Below, in pieces: positions 31,137 to 46,381 of a DNA stretch of 64,000 nucleotides. Made by a program: the position numbers and the translations under genes. Under the pieces are notes generated by a model. That model made no database searches and had not been told where the DNA came from. It was given only the letters and a program-made list of their open reading frames with translations. Position 1 is the first letter of the stretch; every line of letters begins with the position of its first letter. Origin of the DNA: Eledone cirrhosa (taxonomy: Eukaryota); the NCBI GenBank assembly GCA_964016885.1, contig OZ024741.1:90954001-91018000 (forward strand), written 5' to 3'.

Positions 31137-34100
31137 CTACAAAGAAAAAGTTTTAGTGTTATTAGGATGTAAATCGAAACTTGTTAACTTATCTTCATGT
31201 CAGAAAATATAGTGTATATACCGCAGTACATCTACTGAAAAAAAAATAGTGCAAAATATTCAAAAATATTCAAATGCAAATTTTTTAGCAAAACTCATAT
31301 TTTCTTCAAACTCTAGTGTTATAGGAATTTAATGTTTTTATCCATTTCTTTTTAGTATCAGCCATATTTCATGTGTATGTACATTCCAAAAATATGAGTG
31401 AGTTATGTACACATAGCCTTCATGAGAATTTTCAGAACTAATATATATGATTATATCATGCCACAACCATCATCATGCAAATGAAACCTGTCACACTAGT
31501 GGCTGACACATTTGGATTTCTCTACATAAAAAGGGAATTTATTACACAATTCACATGGACAATCCAATGATATTTCATAATATATGAAACACAGTTGATA
31601 ACATCCTTTATTCTTCCATAATAATTCCCTCACTGCCAAATTAAGTGTTAGCCACCAATTCATGTTAAGCCTGCGCTGAGTCCATGAAAATAGATCTTGA
31701 AAACACCCACCAATGGAGTTATGCCAATACTTTTACTTTCTACACCACAAAAGCACAGACACTAGCCATATGAAGAAAACATCATCGTAACTCATCTACC
31801 CTTAAGTATGAGAAACACACAACTAGAGCCACTGCAATCATTTTAAATACTAGGCTTCATAAGCACTTTCATTCTCCTTTGGCAAACACACATCTTTAAC
31901 ATGGCTAGGATAACATCTCAAAGCTAATTCTGCTCTTCAGAGTCAGAAAATACTTCAGCTCTCAACAATTACTGGCCCTCTGTCAAGCTTAGGTGGGACT
32001 CACAATAGAATATTGCTCCCATCATGTAAGACAGTGCTGCTACTACCACTCAAGTTATTAGCATAAAGTCTTTCACAGCTATGCTTGTCTTCTTTTTTTT
32101 GTGGCTCATGCAATTTCCACTCCATCCATGCAAGCTCATTCATCTTTCCTCTTCTCACTACTTATTTTGTGTCTCACACCCTAACCACTATTCATAGATC
32201 TTCCTGCCATGAACATCAGCATGATGGAATTCCTTCCCTGATCACAATTTTCTTTCAGGCATCGACTTGCCACATTTTAAGTACATTAACAACATTAATA
32301 TTATCAGTCTTGGAGGGTTTCTGAAGTCCATGAGCACTAGAAATATTTCTAGGTCACGTCATATTGACACAGCTCATCACTTTCTAAGCTATACAGCCAG
32401 TAGAAATTGCACAGCTCCAGTTCATTTTACAATACTGCCAATACATACAGCTTTGAGTTCTTAACTTTACCATACAGATCCCTATTTACCTTTCTCCTGT
32501 GAAATTAGTTGAAGGTTTGCATCTATTTGATGTTTATTTGTGGATTCCAGTAAACATTTTATCAACTTCAAAGAGAGATTCTTTTTCTGGTGCTTTTCAG
32601 CTAATTCAATCATCTGTTTCATAGCATTCTGAAAATGAAATATCAATCTTAAAACTTACAACTTCAACTTAATATAAATACTGCGGGATATTTTGTTCAG
32701 TTCTCTATTAATACTGACATTAACCAGCCTCCTGAATGTATTAAAATTCCATCTGTGAATTTTAAAGGATTATGCTGATAATGTTTCTTTTTGTTGTATG
32801 GTTTTCCAAACTGTATAATTTTAATTTTGAACATTGGAACAAGATCAGTTAGGTAACAGTTAGGTAACTTTACCACAGTACATTATAGCTGTGGATCACA
32901 AACTGACAAAATAATGGCTACTCCCCAATAATTTTCTCTTCAAACCTATAACAATGAAAACATTTGTCATGCTGGCTCCCCAAACTCCTTCCCTAATCAG
33001 TTTAATTCAGTTAGATGTGACCATCCATGATATTGAGCCCAGTGAGGTGGAATGTCTCTTTCAGTGCATTTCCCTTGCCATTCTTTGTGGTAACACATTT
33101 GTTATTTTATCCACTGAAACTACAAAATATAATTCTTGCTAAAATTGGTATAAGGCCAGTAATTTGGAAGAAGAGGAATGTCAATTATATCAACCTCAGT
33201 ATTTAACTGGTACTTTATGTTATCAATCCCAGAAGGATGAATGGCAAAGTTGGCCCCAGCAGGATTTAAACTCAGAAGGTAAAGAACCGCAACCAAATAA
33301 TATGAAGCATTTTGCCCAGTGCACTAACAATTCTGCCAATCTAGGGCCCGTATCATATTTACTGTTAAAAACATAATTGATATTTATCACGTGACCAAAA
33401 CAAGATGGATAAATAATAAAGGTGATCATGGAAGGAATTAAATATATTGCATGAAATGATCCCTTGACCTGACTAGGTGGGTGGAACATGGAATAAGAAA
33501 GGACTCAGATTGTAACAACCCTTTCAACTGATATCAGCATGGAAAGCAAATATAGAATGGTGATGATGACATACATTCTGACCTGTTTTATAATCTATTT
33601 GAATATGTTTCAACTCTTGTGACCAATAAAGACATTTTTATTATCATTACTTTTAAAAAAGGATGGGGAATTGGCAGTGACAGTAAAGCTACGGACAAAA
33701 TGCTTTGCATGGCTTCTCAGTCGTAGTCAAGGCTACTAAACAAATCCTATAGAATACAAAAAAGTTTCAGACAGAGGATGCATTATAACCCATCTTGGAG
33801 AGCAGCTAATCTGAATAAACACTGATATAAATTAGAGAGGACACTTAATAGAGGCAACTTATATTCTCATCTGCCTTTAAACTGTCATTGTCTCCTTGGT
33901 AAGCCCTCCTACACCTTACATCCTGGAGACAACAATTATTCCCAGAGACATTACACTCACACTTTGAGGCTTCTGATACCAGTCTTTGCATCATTAAGGA
34001 ATATGGTTTCCCAATTATAGTGAATGCCACCCATCTCGAAATTTAGGCATTTCAAATAAACTCAACAATATATAAAAAGACTTCTACCCTAACCTCTTCG

Positions 34101-36775
34101 AAGTTATGTAAACTCTACAAGCTGCAACAAGGGTAACACATCATCATTATCATCTTTTAACATCCGTTTTCCCTGCTAGCAAGGGTTGGACAGATCATCA
34201 AAGGCCAAGATAGTACTGAATCAGTGCTGCTGGTCTTTCAGTTAAGCCAGGTGTTAGACATCCTGCTTACATACATTCCTGCACTCTACAGATTGAACTG
34301 GCAGCACTAAGGAACCTGACATGTCTTTGACAACCTTTTGTTTCACATATTATCTATAGCTCTAAGCCCTTTCTAAAACCAACTATCTTATAGAATGTAC
34401 AGGGTGTTTTATCATGGTAGCGAGGTTGTCATAAAATTGACACAACTGGCATAGTATCTGGCTTGGGTATGATTATTTTTAATGAATAAAAACTGATTCA
34501 AGACTAAGAGGAACTTTATATATAGCATGATCTTTATAAATATGAGATTATAACAATTTTTACCAGCTTTTCGTCTTGTTTGTTCAATTTTTTCTTTAAT
34601 ATATGAAGTTCTATTAAATATTTAGTTTGCTTTGCATTTGATTGCTGAAGAAAAATATAGAAAATTTGTTAGCAAATGTTTAATTTTTTGTTATTATATT
34701 TCTAACAAATATATACTTCTTATGTTTCAATTAAATTCTGAAATAAGAAAAAATTTCATAAACCAACTATAATATTTTTGTTTATTGATATATGAATGTT
34801 CTCTTAGAACACAATTTATAAGGTTCTTAAATAAATAATTTTTTGTTATTATATTTCTAACAAATTTTAGTTCTAAACCTATTCTAATTACAAATAAATA
34901 CAGGTAAATATCATAAAATGTGAAATTATTCAAATTTAGTTTGACTACCACCATATAAAATTAATTTTTAGCTAATAGTCAACTAGATATTTCACAGAAT
35001 TGTAATATAGAAAACAGTGCACATTGTTGAATTTTCAATTGAACTTGAGTGCACATAAAAGGTGCAGTATAAAGGTAATACAATGAAATAATGTATGCTT
35101 AAAGAAGACTAGAAAATGGAATAAATTCACACACACAATAATGATTAATTAATCATGTCAGTCACTTTACAGGTAAATTAAAATTGTAGGTAAGTACAAT
35201 TAAAAAATTGAAAATCAGGTAACTTTTAGATTTGAGAATAAAACATTTTAAAAAATGAATCTACATATATACAAATTAAAAAAATTATATCATGTATCTT
35301 TCATGTAAAGTTGTAAAATATCCTGTTCTGTAAAATGCACAGTGGAAAGTTGTTTCAACTGACAAACTGCTAGGAGTTTGGAGAGAATTGAAGCAAGCAT
35401 GCTTTAATGGACCTGCAATATTAATGTGCAAGAACAACAAAGCATGGATGAAATCAGGAAAAAGAATTGGTTGTAAAAGGAATCAGAGATAGTGTGCAGG
35501 TGAGGAGACTGTATTAGTATGGACATGTGCTGTGCAAGGATGATGATTGCCAAATAATCCCAGTGACAAGAGTTTGCAGTAGAGGTAAACCTGGATGATA
35601 GTGGTGAGAGCTGATCTCAGATTGCTGAAACTCACAAAGGAGATGATAAAGGAACATGTCAAGTGGAGAGATGCTGTACTAAGATGAGCCCACCAACCCA
35701 TGCAAGCATGGAACAACAAATGTAAAATAATAATGATGATGACAATTCCTCTTGCAGGCTTTTGATTTCCTTCCAACAATGTTTTTTTATAGAACACTGT
35801 CCTCCACTGTGTTGCTATATTTTGCACAAAACTGTAGATGGTCGCAACACTTTTGTGTACCTTGCAATTTGCTACAAATCAGATATCACCACCACTTATT
35901 ACCTGGTTTCCCAACCGAGTAATTACTTATCATCTGATTCACCAGATATACACTACCTATAAAACTGTTATAATCTTGGTTTAAACATAAGATTTCGCAC
36001 TAATAGGTAGAAAATCATTTTGCCTTTTATCCTTAAATGCAGTTGCTAGTAAATTTCCTTTCAACCATTAGATTTGTATCCTTTCTATTATAAGTTTTGC
36101 TCTTTTCATAGTCAACAACAGCTCGTTTGTAATTGCAGTCACTGTGTTACACAAATATCTTTTCACAGCTTCTATATCCATCACATGTTTTACCAAACTG
36201 AAAATCAGTCAAATATATTATACGACCTTGGTTATGGTATGGAAGTAATCATTTTCAGACCTCATCATACCTTAGGGCATGTTGACTCACTTTTTCATAT
36301 AAGAAATAAATCCACACCAGTACTACTGTTATTATACTCAGAGTCATTAACAATATTAGTAATTGATATAGCCAATTCAAAATGTCCTGTGTGGTTTTGC
36401 TTAGTCTGCATTTACTTTTTCAGCTGCTTCTTTCATAAAACCATCAAATTCAGAGTCACTGCTTATGTATATGAAGCTGTATCCAGTTTTTAATATATAT
36501 ATATATATGTTGTTTCCTTGAGCAAGACACTTTATTTCACATTGCTCCAGTTTACTCAGCTGTAGAAATGAGATGATAGGGACTAGGTTCCCTATCGTTC
36601 CACTGCAAAGTGGTCGTGGAGGTGCCACGGCAAAAAAGCACCCACCACTCACTGTAAATGAGGTTGGTGTTAGGAAGGGCATCCAGCTGTAGAAATCAAG
36701 CCAGAATCAGTTCCCGTCCCACCCTTGCAAGCAGGGAAAAGCGGACGTATGATGATGATGATGATGATGATATAT

Positions 36776-36807
<32 letters not shown>

Positions 36808-39800
36808 TTTACGTCCGCTTTTCCCTGCTTGCAAGGGTGGGACGGGTCTTATTCAGCACAGCATCTCTCCACTCGTCACGGTCCCTCGTCATCTCCACCG
36901 TGAGCTTCAATGATCTGAGGTCTGTTCTCACCACCTCCGCCCATGTTTTTCGTGGTCTACCTCTACCACGTCTTCCTTCAACTGGCATTTCCTGGCACTT
37001 CTTCACCCATCGGTCATCCTCCGTGCGCATCACATGTCCATACCACCTCAGTCTCCTCTCCCGTACACTACATTCTATCCCTCTCAGACACAGTTTCTCT
37101 CTCAACACATTTATGCTGGGTCGTTCACGCACATTTACACTGCACATCCAACGGAGCCTGCTTGCCTCATTTCTCTCCAGCCGTCGCATATCTTCTGCGG
37201 TAGCTGCCCATGTCTCACTACCATGCAGCATCGCACTCCTCACACAGGCATCATACAACCGGCCTTTCGTACGCAGGGAGAAACCCTTCTTCGTCAACAG
37301 AGGAAGCAGCTCCCTAAACTTCTTCCAACCCGTCCTTATTCTAGATACTATGGCCTCGGAACACCCTCCTCCCATGCTAATCTGATCTCCTAGGTACCGG
37401 AAGCTATCCACCACTTCTATAGCGCCCTCTCGCATTTGAAAAATGTGTCTATCAGTGCGACTTCTACTGTCTAATTTCCCTGTACATCTACTGCATACAT
37501 ATTTCTCCCTACCTGTTAGTTTGCCTGCTATCCCGCTACATCTCTTGTGTACCCAGGACCTACATTGTGTGCATTTTATAGAATTTATGCCAGTTCCTTT
37601 TCTGCATATCGAACATGGCCATTTCCCTGACGGAATCAGGGTTTTGTCCTCTTTTCTACTCATCAACACTTTTGTCTTAGCTAGATTTACTCTCAGTCCT
37701 CTTGCTTCCAACTGCTGTTTCCATAGCCGGAATTTATTCTCTAGCTCCTCTACTGATTCTGCCATAAGAGCCAGATCGTCAGCATAGAGAAGTTCCCATG
37801 GACAGCCAGTCTTAAACTCCTCTGTTATGGCTTGGAGGACTATAATGAACAAGAGCGGGCTGAGGACCGAACCCTGATGTACTCCTACTTGTATCTGGAA
37901 TTCCTCACTAAACTCCATTCCTACCCTGACTTTACTGAGAGTACCTCTGTACAAAGTTTGCACTGTCCTTACAAGCCATTCCTCAACACCCAGCTTCCTT
38001 AGGGACCACCAGATGACAGATCGGGGTACCCTATCAAAGGCCTTCTCTAGGTCAACAAAGGCTAAGTATAGTGGCTTATTCTTCTCTAAGAACCTCTCTT
38101 GCATTTGTCTCACCAAGAAGAGGGCATCTGTTGTACTCTTCCCAGGCACAAAACCAAACTGCATCTCATCTAGTTTGACCCTTTCTCTAATTAGTTGTGC
38201 TAGAATCCTTTCTGCCACTTTCATAACCTGATCTATCAGTTTTATACCCCTATAATTGCTCCTCTCCAAAGCATCCCCTTTACCTTTGTAGTAATTTATG
38301 AGAATACTGCTGCACCAGTCTTTGGGTATGACACCACCATATATAGCCTGATTGATTATGCGTGCAACCAGTTTAGTGCCTACGTCCCCTGATGCCTTCA
38401 GCATCTCAGCAACTATTCCCGATGGTCCGGCCGCCTTACCATTTTTCATTTCCCTAATCGCCTCTTGGACCCTATATTCGTCAATCTCAATAGCTGGTCC
38501 CTCAGTCGGATCTACCAAGGGTAATTTCTCTCTCTCCCATTCGTTCTCCACATTCATCAGTCTCTCATAATGACATTTCCAGGCCTCCTTTTTCTGGTCA
38601 TTCGTGACACTAAGTACACCGGCATCATCCCGGACACATTTATCACCAACAACATCCTGATTTGCATTGACACACTGCCTTGCAATGTGGAACACCGCAC
38701 GCCTCTGATCTTCCCGTCGCAGAACATTGGCAAACCTCCTACTCTCTGCCTCCCTGCGTGCTAAGTACACCTGACGTCTAGCTTCTCTCTTAGTGGCTGT
38801 ATATTCTTCCCTACTCCCACCCTTATTCCAAGCCTTCCATGCTAGTCTTTTGTCTCTAATAGCCTTATCTACACTGCTGTTCCACCACCAGGTCACTCTC
38901 TGTCTGGTTGGAGCTCTGCTCCAGCCACAGGTTTCATCAGTAGCCTTCAGCAAGTTGTCACGTAAGAACTTCCAGTTATTATCTATGTCATACGTCTCTA
39001 AATCGTCTTCTTTTTCGTCATATACATCTTGAAGGGCTTTCCTAAATTTGAATTTTAGTGAAAGGTCTTTTAGCTTCCAGACCTTTCTTCTCTACACCTT
39101 CCTATATGTCTCATTCCATCTCTTGCTTACTGAGATATCACTAACAACTAACCTATGCTGTGGGGTACATTCTTCCCCAGGGTATGCCTTGGTATTAGAC
39201 ACTATCTGCCTGTCCCGCTGCCTAACTAGCAGGAAGTCAATCTGGCTTATGTGCTCACCAGATTTGTAGGTTATTAGGTGATTGGCAGGTTTCTGGAAGT
39301 TTGTGTTGCAAATAGTCAATGTACTTGCATCACAAAATTCAAGAAGTCTCACTCCTTCTTCATTTCTTGAACCGTAACCGTGCCCACCATGTACCCCAGT
39401 GTAACCATCCTGGAGCTGTCCAACATGACCATTGGAGTCTCCTGCTAGCATAACGATGTCTCCGTCCTCTGTTATTGTGGTTGTTTGCAAAAGTTGCTCA
39501 TAAAAGCAGTCTTTCTCATCTTTGCCTAGGCCTGCTTGGGGAGCATAGACCGAGATGATTGTCAGTAGTCTCCTACCTACAACTAATCTAAGCTTAATTA
39601 TTCGATTACTAACTCGAACTACCTCTATTGTCTTATTGATCCATTTCTCAGCCAGGAAAATGCCTACTCCCCCTAACCCATCATCCTTACCTACCCAGAA
39701 TAGCTTATAGCTAAGACGCTTGCCTACGACTAGTCTCGCAGAGGCACCCCTCCATCTCACCTCTTGCACGCAGCACACATCCACCTGCCTTCTCTCCAGC

Positions 39801-42800
39801 ATCTCCGCTATTTCAGCAGACCTACCTCTGAGAGTGCCAACATTAAGTGTTGCAACTCTGAGATGCGACGTCTTCATATTTTTCTATGCTGTTTTGTTGC
39901 TGTGCTGATAAGCTTTTTGGCATTGATACACTGGTTGGATGCCCTTCCTAACACCAGCGCCACTTTACAGCATGGACTTTTATTTGTGCCACCAGCACTA
40001 GAGAGGATGTCTTACTAGACTCAAGGGCCCTCATAAAAATTTGGAGAGCACAAATTTTGTGATGAAATATGTCAGAATACCTCTGACAATTGTTTATCTA
40101 ACAAAGTCACATGTTATCCCAGTTATAGTAATGAGATTTGTATTGATATTCTCATTTAAATATAAACAGGTCATTTTTGGTGGTATTAGAAGTGTTGGTA
40201 TTATTAGACCCCAAAATTTAGGGTTGTTTGGGGTGGATTAGTACTGAAAGGGTTAAACTTCATTTTGTTAGAAACTTAAAATAAAGTAAAAACAATATTT
40301 AGATATTTTTAAGAAGTAATTTACATTAACGTATTATAACATGCAGACATAAAATGATGATGATGATGATATAGATGCAGGTATGGCAGTCATAATCATC
40401 ATCATTTTTACGTCCACCTTTCCATGCTTGCATGGGTTGGATGGGTTCTTCTCAGCACCGCATCTCTCCACACATTGCGATTCTTTGTCATCACCTCTGT
40501 GAGTCTCAGTGATTTCTGGTCAACTCTCACAACCTCTGCCCAGGTTTTTCTTGGTCTACCTCTACCATGACTTCCTTCCACAGGCATTCCCTGGCACTTC
40601 TTTACCCAATGACACATGTCCAAACCAACTCAGTCTTCTCTCCTGCACACTACCTCAAATTCCTCTTAAACCCAGCTTCTTCTACAACTCATCCAAGCTC
40701 TGCCTCTCTCTCACTCTTACATTGCACATCCAGCAGTGTGGTTAAGAAGTTAACTTTGTAACCACATAGTTCTGTGTTCTATATAACTACACAGCATTTT
40801 TGGCAAGCAGTTTATATGTCTTCTATAAACATACTCTTATATTTCAATCTTACTACATGCTCCTTAAGCATTCCATTGACTAAAACATGAAATTTAGAAA
40901 TAATATTTCAAAAATAAACAAAGAACAAATAGAATGTAAGATTATTTACAATATTTTCTGATTGCTTGTCTGGTTCGTTGACAGAAGGAATACAATTCAT
41001 GTCATTGTCTTTCTTAGAATTTCTGTGGCGTCCCCATAACTTTAAGGTGATTGACTCAGAAGTTAAGTAATCAATCAGCTGTAGAATGAAACAAGATCTT
41101 TATTTAATGTTTTCTGTATTTTTCACTGGTTGTTAGATAAAATGATAATTGCGGTAGAAGCTTAATTCTGTTTAGCTTTTATAATTCTAAATTAAGAATA
41201 GAGTTCTCTCACAAGTCTTATAAAATTAATATTCAAAATACATAGTTGGATGATTAATAATATCTGTTAAGAAAATATAACAATGAAAGAATCTTTATAT
41301 GATTGCTGAAGTTGCTAAAAGAGTTGCTAAACCTCCCTCGACTCATGCCTTACTGCTTGAAAAAATGAAGTATGTAAAAGATAAAGTAAACCTAGAGACA
41401 TGTTGTGTGGAAAAATATAGTATGTAAATACGCAAAAACATTATAAGAAAAAGTTGAATGGGAGAATAAGGAGGTGGGTTGTAAAAGAAATAATGTGTAA
41501 AACAAGACCAGATGATGAAAAAGTATACAGAATAAAAAGTTAATTAGAAAAAACTTACTAAACAAGAATTTTAACTCAAATATATGAATAAAAACTTAAT
41601 AAATTAGAAAGTTAATTATATTACTAAATCTCTTCAAATTCTTGATTATTTTCAAGATTATTTGAAAATCATACAAATACAGTAATGAAAGTGTTAATCT
41701 TTTTGATATCATTTCAATATATATATATTCACTCAATAAGTTATTATAGTTGTTATATTATATACAGAAATTATGCAGTTATTTGACAGTGGTGATGGAC
41801 ATCTTCTTGTGATGCACACACGATATGAAAATTCCAACTGAAAAATTTGGAGAGTAATCCATAAGGCTAGCATGTTAGATATATCACATATCTGACTTTT
41901 TTGAAATTATTTTGCACAGTAATTCATAAACTAACTTCCCAGAATACATGATATATGCAGATCAGTCTAACTAATTTTTTTAAGCAAGCCCTCAGTAATA
42001 GTGGTTTTATAACCAATTTCTTCCTAATACAGGATTGAAACTAATTCGGCTGACCTCATTATTTTTGGGGGGGCAGGAGGGGGGGGGGGGGGGGTTATGA
42101 AGATATCGTATACAAAAACAAGGTGTTTACATCTATCTATTACAAAAATGTTGGCTAAAGTCTATAAATGTATTCTATAATATAGTATAGCAATATTAAA
42201 CTATAATAATCACTGATGGATCAATTGGATTTATTCAAATTATCTAAAATAATTTTTCTTCTGAACAACTTTGCAATATTTTCCTAGAAAAGCTTATAAA
42301 TATCTTTAAAACGTCTTAGGAATTTTTTGGAGGATATTTGCATGAAGTTGAATTGAATAAATGAACAGTTAACTGTTTTCAATTTCTAATTACTTTTACC
42401 ATTTATTAAGTTTTTATTTATATATTTTAGTTAAAATTCTTGTTTACACTCTACTTTATACTTTATGTATTTTTTCAATTTTGGTCCCTGTACCCCCTCC
42501 TTACTTACTGCTTATTGGGGTTGAGTTAGTCACCCGCCGGAGTGAGCCCCACCAGCTGGAATGACTATTTAAAAATTTCTTCCTCGCTAACCTTCAGTGT
42601 AGCACTGTCTCCATGAGGTTCTGCATACAAGAAAGTGTTCTTCCAAGTCCAGGCTTGTATAATTGGGGTAGCAATGGCATATGTTGCTGATATCTATAAC
42701 ATGTCAGCACATACACACAAACAACAGCTATATACTTTAGGATGTTCAAGTGCTATCACTGGTATGCAGAAACTTATGAATGAAAGGCTCGTGCTTATAA

Positions 42801-45800
42801 CTTAACAAAGGTTCTTATATAAAATTAGAATGGATGGTTTTTAGATGTACATAAATATTTTGCTCTCTCTAAGAGTATTTTACCCAGTCTTCTAAAGCTA
42901 TTATTATTTATAGCAATTCTGAGTTTGGATTCCAACGTTTCAAATATTAATCATCCAAGCATTTCAATAAATCATAAGATATGCTTACTTCCAGCTCCAG
43001 CCACAAAGGCTGTTATATATAGCTCCTAATTTGAACAGAAACTGTTGTCAGCCACCATTTGGCATATTGCTAATATACTTAACCAAAATTCAAGTGACAT
43101 AACGTTCAATTCTCTGTAGTGGTGGCTGACAATTTTTTCTGTCCCTAAAGGAATTTTACCCAATTTTCTAATGCTATTATTAGTCATAACAATAATGGTG
43201 GATTGGCAGAATTGGTAGAGCATCAGACAACATGCTTAGAAGCATAGAGTTATGGCCCTTTATGTTCTGTGTTCAAGTCCTGCCAAGGTTAGCTTTGCCT
43301 TTCATCTTTACGGAGTCAATAAAATAAAGTACCAGTAATGTACGGACTAGCCTAAATCAAAAACCATTGTAGATTGGCAGTATCGGTAGAGGGTCAGACG
43401 CCATGCTTTGCAGCAAAGAGTTACGGCCTTTTATGGTCTTAGTTAAAATCCCGCTGAGGTTAACTTTGCCTTTCATCCTTACGGGGTCGATAAAATAAAG
43501 TACTACTAATGCACTGGGTAATTGCTGGCCTTGTGCCAAACGTAGAAACAATTATTATTCATAACAATTTCTTTGTTTAGATTCCAACATTTCAAATATG
43601 AATACTTTTAAACAAACAGTTTTGTATCACAGAACCAGGGATGATTTTAGGTGGTTTGGTATCAAAAGGTTTAAACTATGTCAATTTAAAGAAAATATTG
43701 CAAAATTAAAACTTTACTTGTTTTGTCACCATTTTGAATGAAACCATTTTGGAAAAATTCCATTTTGGATTAACTGTTCCAGTAATCATATCAGTTTTGT
43801 ATTCTGTATCATCCAGATATATTTGAAAAGAACAGCATATGTCCTGATAGAAAAAAATTAACAATAACAATTAGCAAATTTGATTTTATATTTTAAAACA
43901 TTCTTTTCAGAAACATGCATAATTAAATTGGATCTGAACTATTACAGAGTAAGAATACAATTAGAGTATCATATATATTATTTCAGTATCATATATATCA
44001 ATACAGTTTTATAGATATCTTCACAGAATCATATATATCATTACAGTATTGTTATAGTATCATATGTCATTACAGTTTCATATATATTAATTGTTACAGT
44101 ATCATATATATCATTACAGTATCATATATATCATTACAACGTCATATATATCATTACAACATGATATATATTATTACAGTATCACATATATAGTTACTGT
44201 ATTATATATGTCGTTACAGTATTATATATATATCATTACAGTCTCATAGATATCTTTAGACTCATATATCATATGTAATATAAAGTGTCATAGATTTCAT
44301 TACAGTATCACATATATATAGTTACAGTATTATATATATCGTTACAGTATCATAGATATCATTAGAGTATCATATATATCATTACAGTTAACTCTATAAG
44401 CAGGATAGAGCTAACAAGAGATTTTATTCAATTTTAGTGCTGTGTTTTTAAATCACTCTCACATAAAATCTTGTTAAATTTATCCAAGAGCTTTATTAAA
44501 ACATAGATAAGTGTTGGTGCCACATAAAAGGCACTTGGTAGAGCATAGGAATGTATGTAAGTGATATGTAGGCCCCCAGCCCATCTGCGAGGTCAGTAGC
44601 TCCACTTGAATACTATCTTGGTCTATAAAGCCTCGTCCAACCATTGTTAGCAAAGAAGACAGACATTAAATGATGATGATAATGAGTGTTTAATGGTGGT
44701 GGTTATAATTAATAATTAGATAATCATCAAGGATCACTTTCCTCACTTTTTATCAGACGAAGGTTAGAAACTCACAGCTTCATATAGGTAAAACAGTTTA
44801 ATTCTTGATTCTATCTGTTGAAGTTTCTGTGGATTATCTACTGGGCCTATTTTCACAAGACTAAATGTTTGTTTGATCAACGGAACAGCCTGATCCTGAA
44901 ATTAACATGCAAAAGGCTGAGCATTCTACAGATACATGTGCCCATAATTCTCGTGGAGATTCAACATGACACAGTGTGTAACATGGTTGGTCTTTTGAAA
45001 TAACAATACAACCCATTTTGTCAGCTGAGTGAAGTGGATTAGTGTCAAATAAAGGGTCTTTCTTGCTCAAGGACACAACATGCCATTGGTGCCAAACTGT
45101 ATCAGGCATTGTCTTTCCCTTGGACAACATCTGTGGCATGTGGAGGAGAGACTGGCATATATGGGTGACTGCTGGTCTTACATCTTGCCCGATTTGTGCT
45201 TCAAAGAGAAATTTTCTAGGTGCAAACACATTATCAATGATGAAAAGCCATTTTCTCTAGTTACTTTCCAAGGCTTAATACTTACACAAAATTACATTGG
45301 TAGCAGAACTGAATAAGGATACTTCCAATATTTCCTATTTTTTTCATTTTCCTTATCTAGTATAGCTATGTGGCACATCCTCAAACAAAAAGTAGACCAA
45401 TTAGACATAATATGCTTGCAACAACAATGACATAATATACGATTCCAATGTGCTGCTGTATAATAAATTACAATACAATGGATTGTTAGGACAATTCAAC
45501 ATTAGTAATTAAAAAGATGTGTCAACCATAATAAGGTTAAATACATACTGTGAAGCGGCTTGGTAACCCTTGAGCCTGCAATATTTTTATTTTGAAATGT
45601 AAGTCTTTGTTAAGACGTTCTTCTGGTTCAGAAAAAAAGCATTCATCACTATCAATCAATTCTTTGGAATGTTCATCACAAGGAATAAGTTCTACCTGTA
45701 ATAAGAAATTGAGCCCTGCAAATATTTAACCTTGACACTTTCTATAATATGTTAAGAGTTACATTGCATTATGTGAAATGGCTTGTTAGTTTCACTGTAA

Positions 45801-46318
45801 AGTGAGAAGAGAAGAGCAGAAAGAAAGAGTACAACACATTTAAAAAAGACCAGGAAAATTTTTCAGTGTAGGTAACAAACTTAACTAAGTTACATTTTGA
45901 CATAAAAAGACACAATTTGACACAAACGTAAACATAAACACAGACATGGACACATCTCATTATCATTTTAAGTTATTTCAGACATGCAAACATGCCAGAA
46001 ATATGAATTTCCCTGTAAATTGAAAAAATACAATTGCCAAACCTAGTTGGGTCTTCATCATTTAAACAACCAGAAAAAAACAAATATTTGAGGGTCTTCT
46101 ATACCCATTCTCTGAAATGAATCTACTAATTTGCATATCATTTAGCACTCCTGTTGGTAGTTAATTTAAATATATATTGAGAAGTGCACTAAGCAGCCAA
46201 GTCATTTTTTCAATTTATAGGGAAATTTATATTTCTGATATGTTTACATAAATATTTTTATAGACCTGGCACAGTCTCAGTTACCCATTCTGTATATATA
46301 CAGATATAGCTTTATTAT

Positions 46319-46381
<63 letters not shown>

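Noticed and set aside
30880-31234. Kinesin last exon looked frameshifted (pseudogene)
   Set aside because: Using the acceptor at 31137 gives a clean frame to CKIL*; all 11 exons are open.
36837-39269. Several plus-strand ORFs
   Set aside because: Antisense shadows of the RTE ORF.
43960-44390. Regularly spaced short repeats (CRISPR-like)
   Set aside because: No unique spacers; eukaryotic minisatellite.
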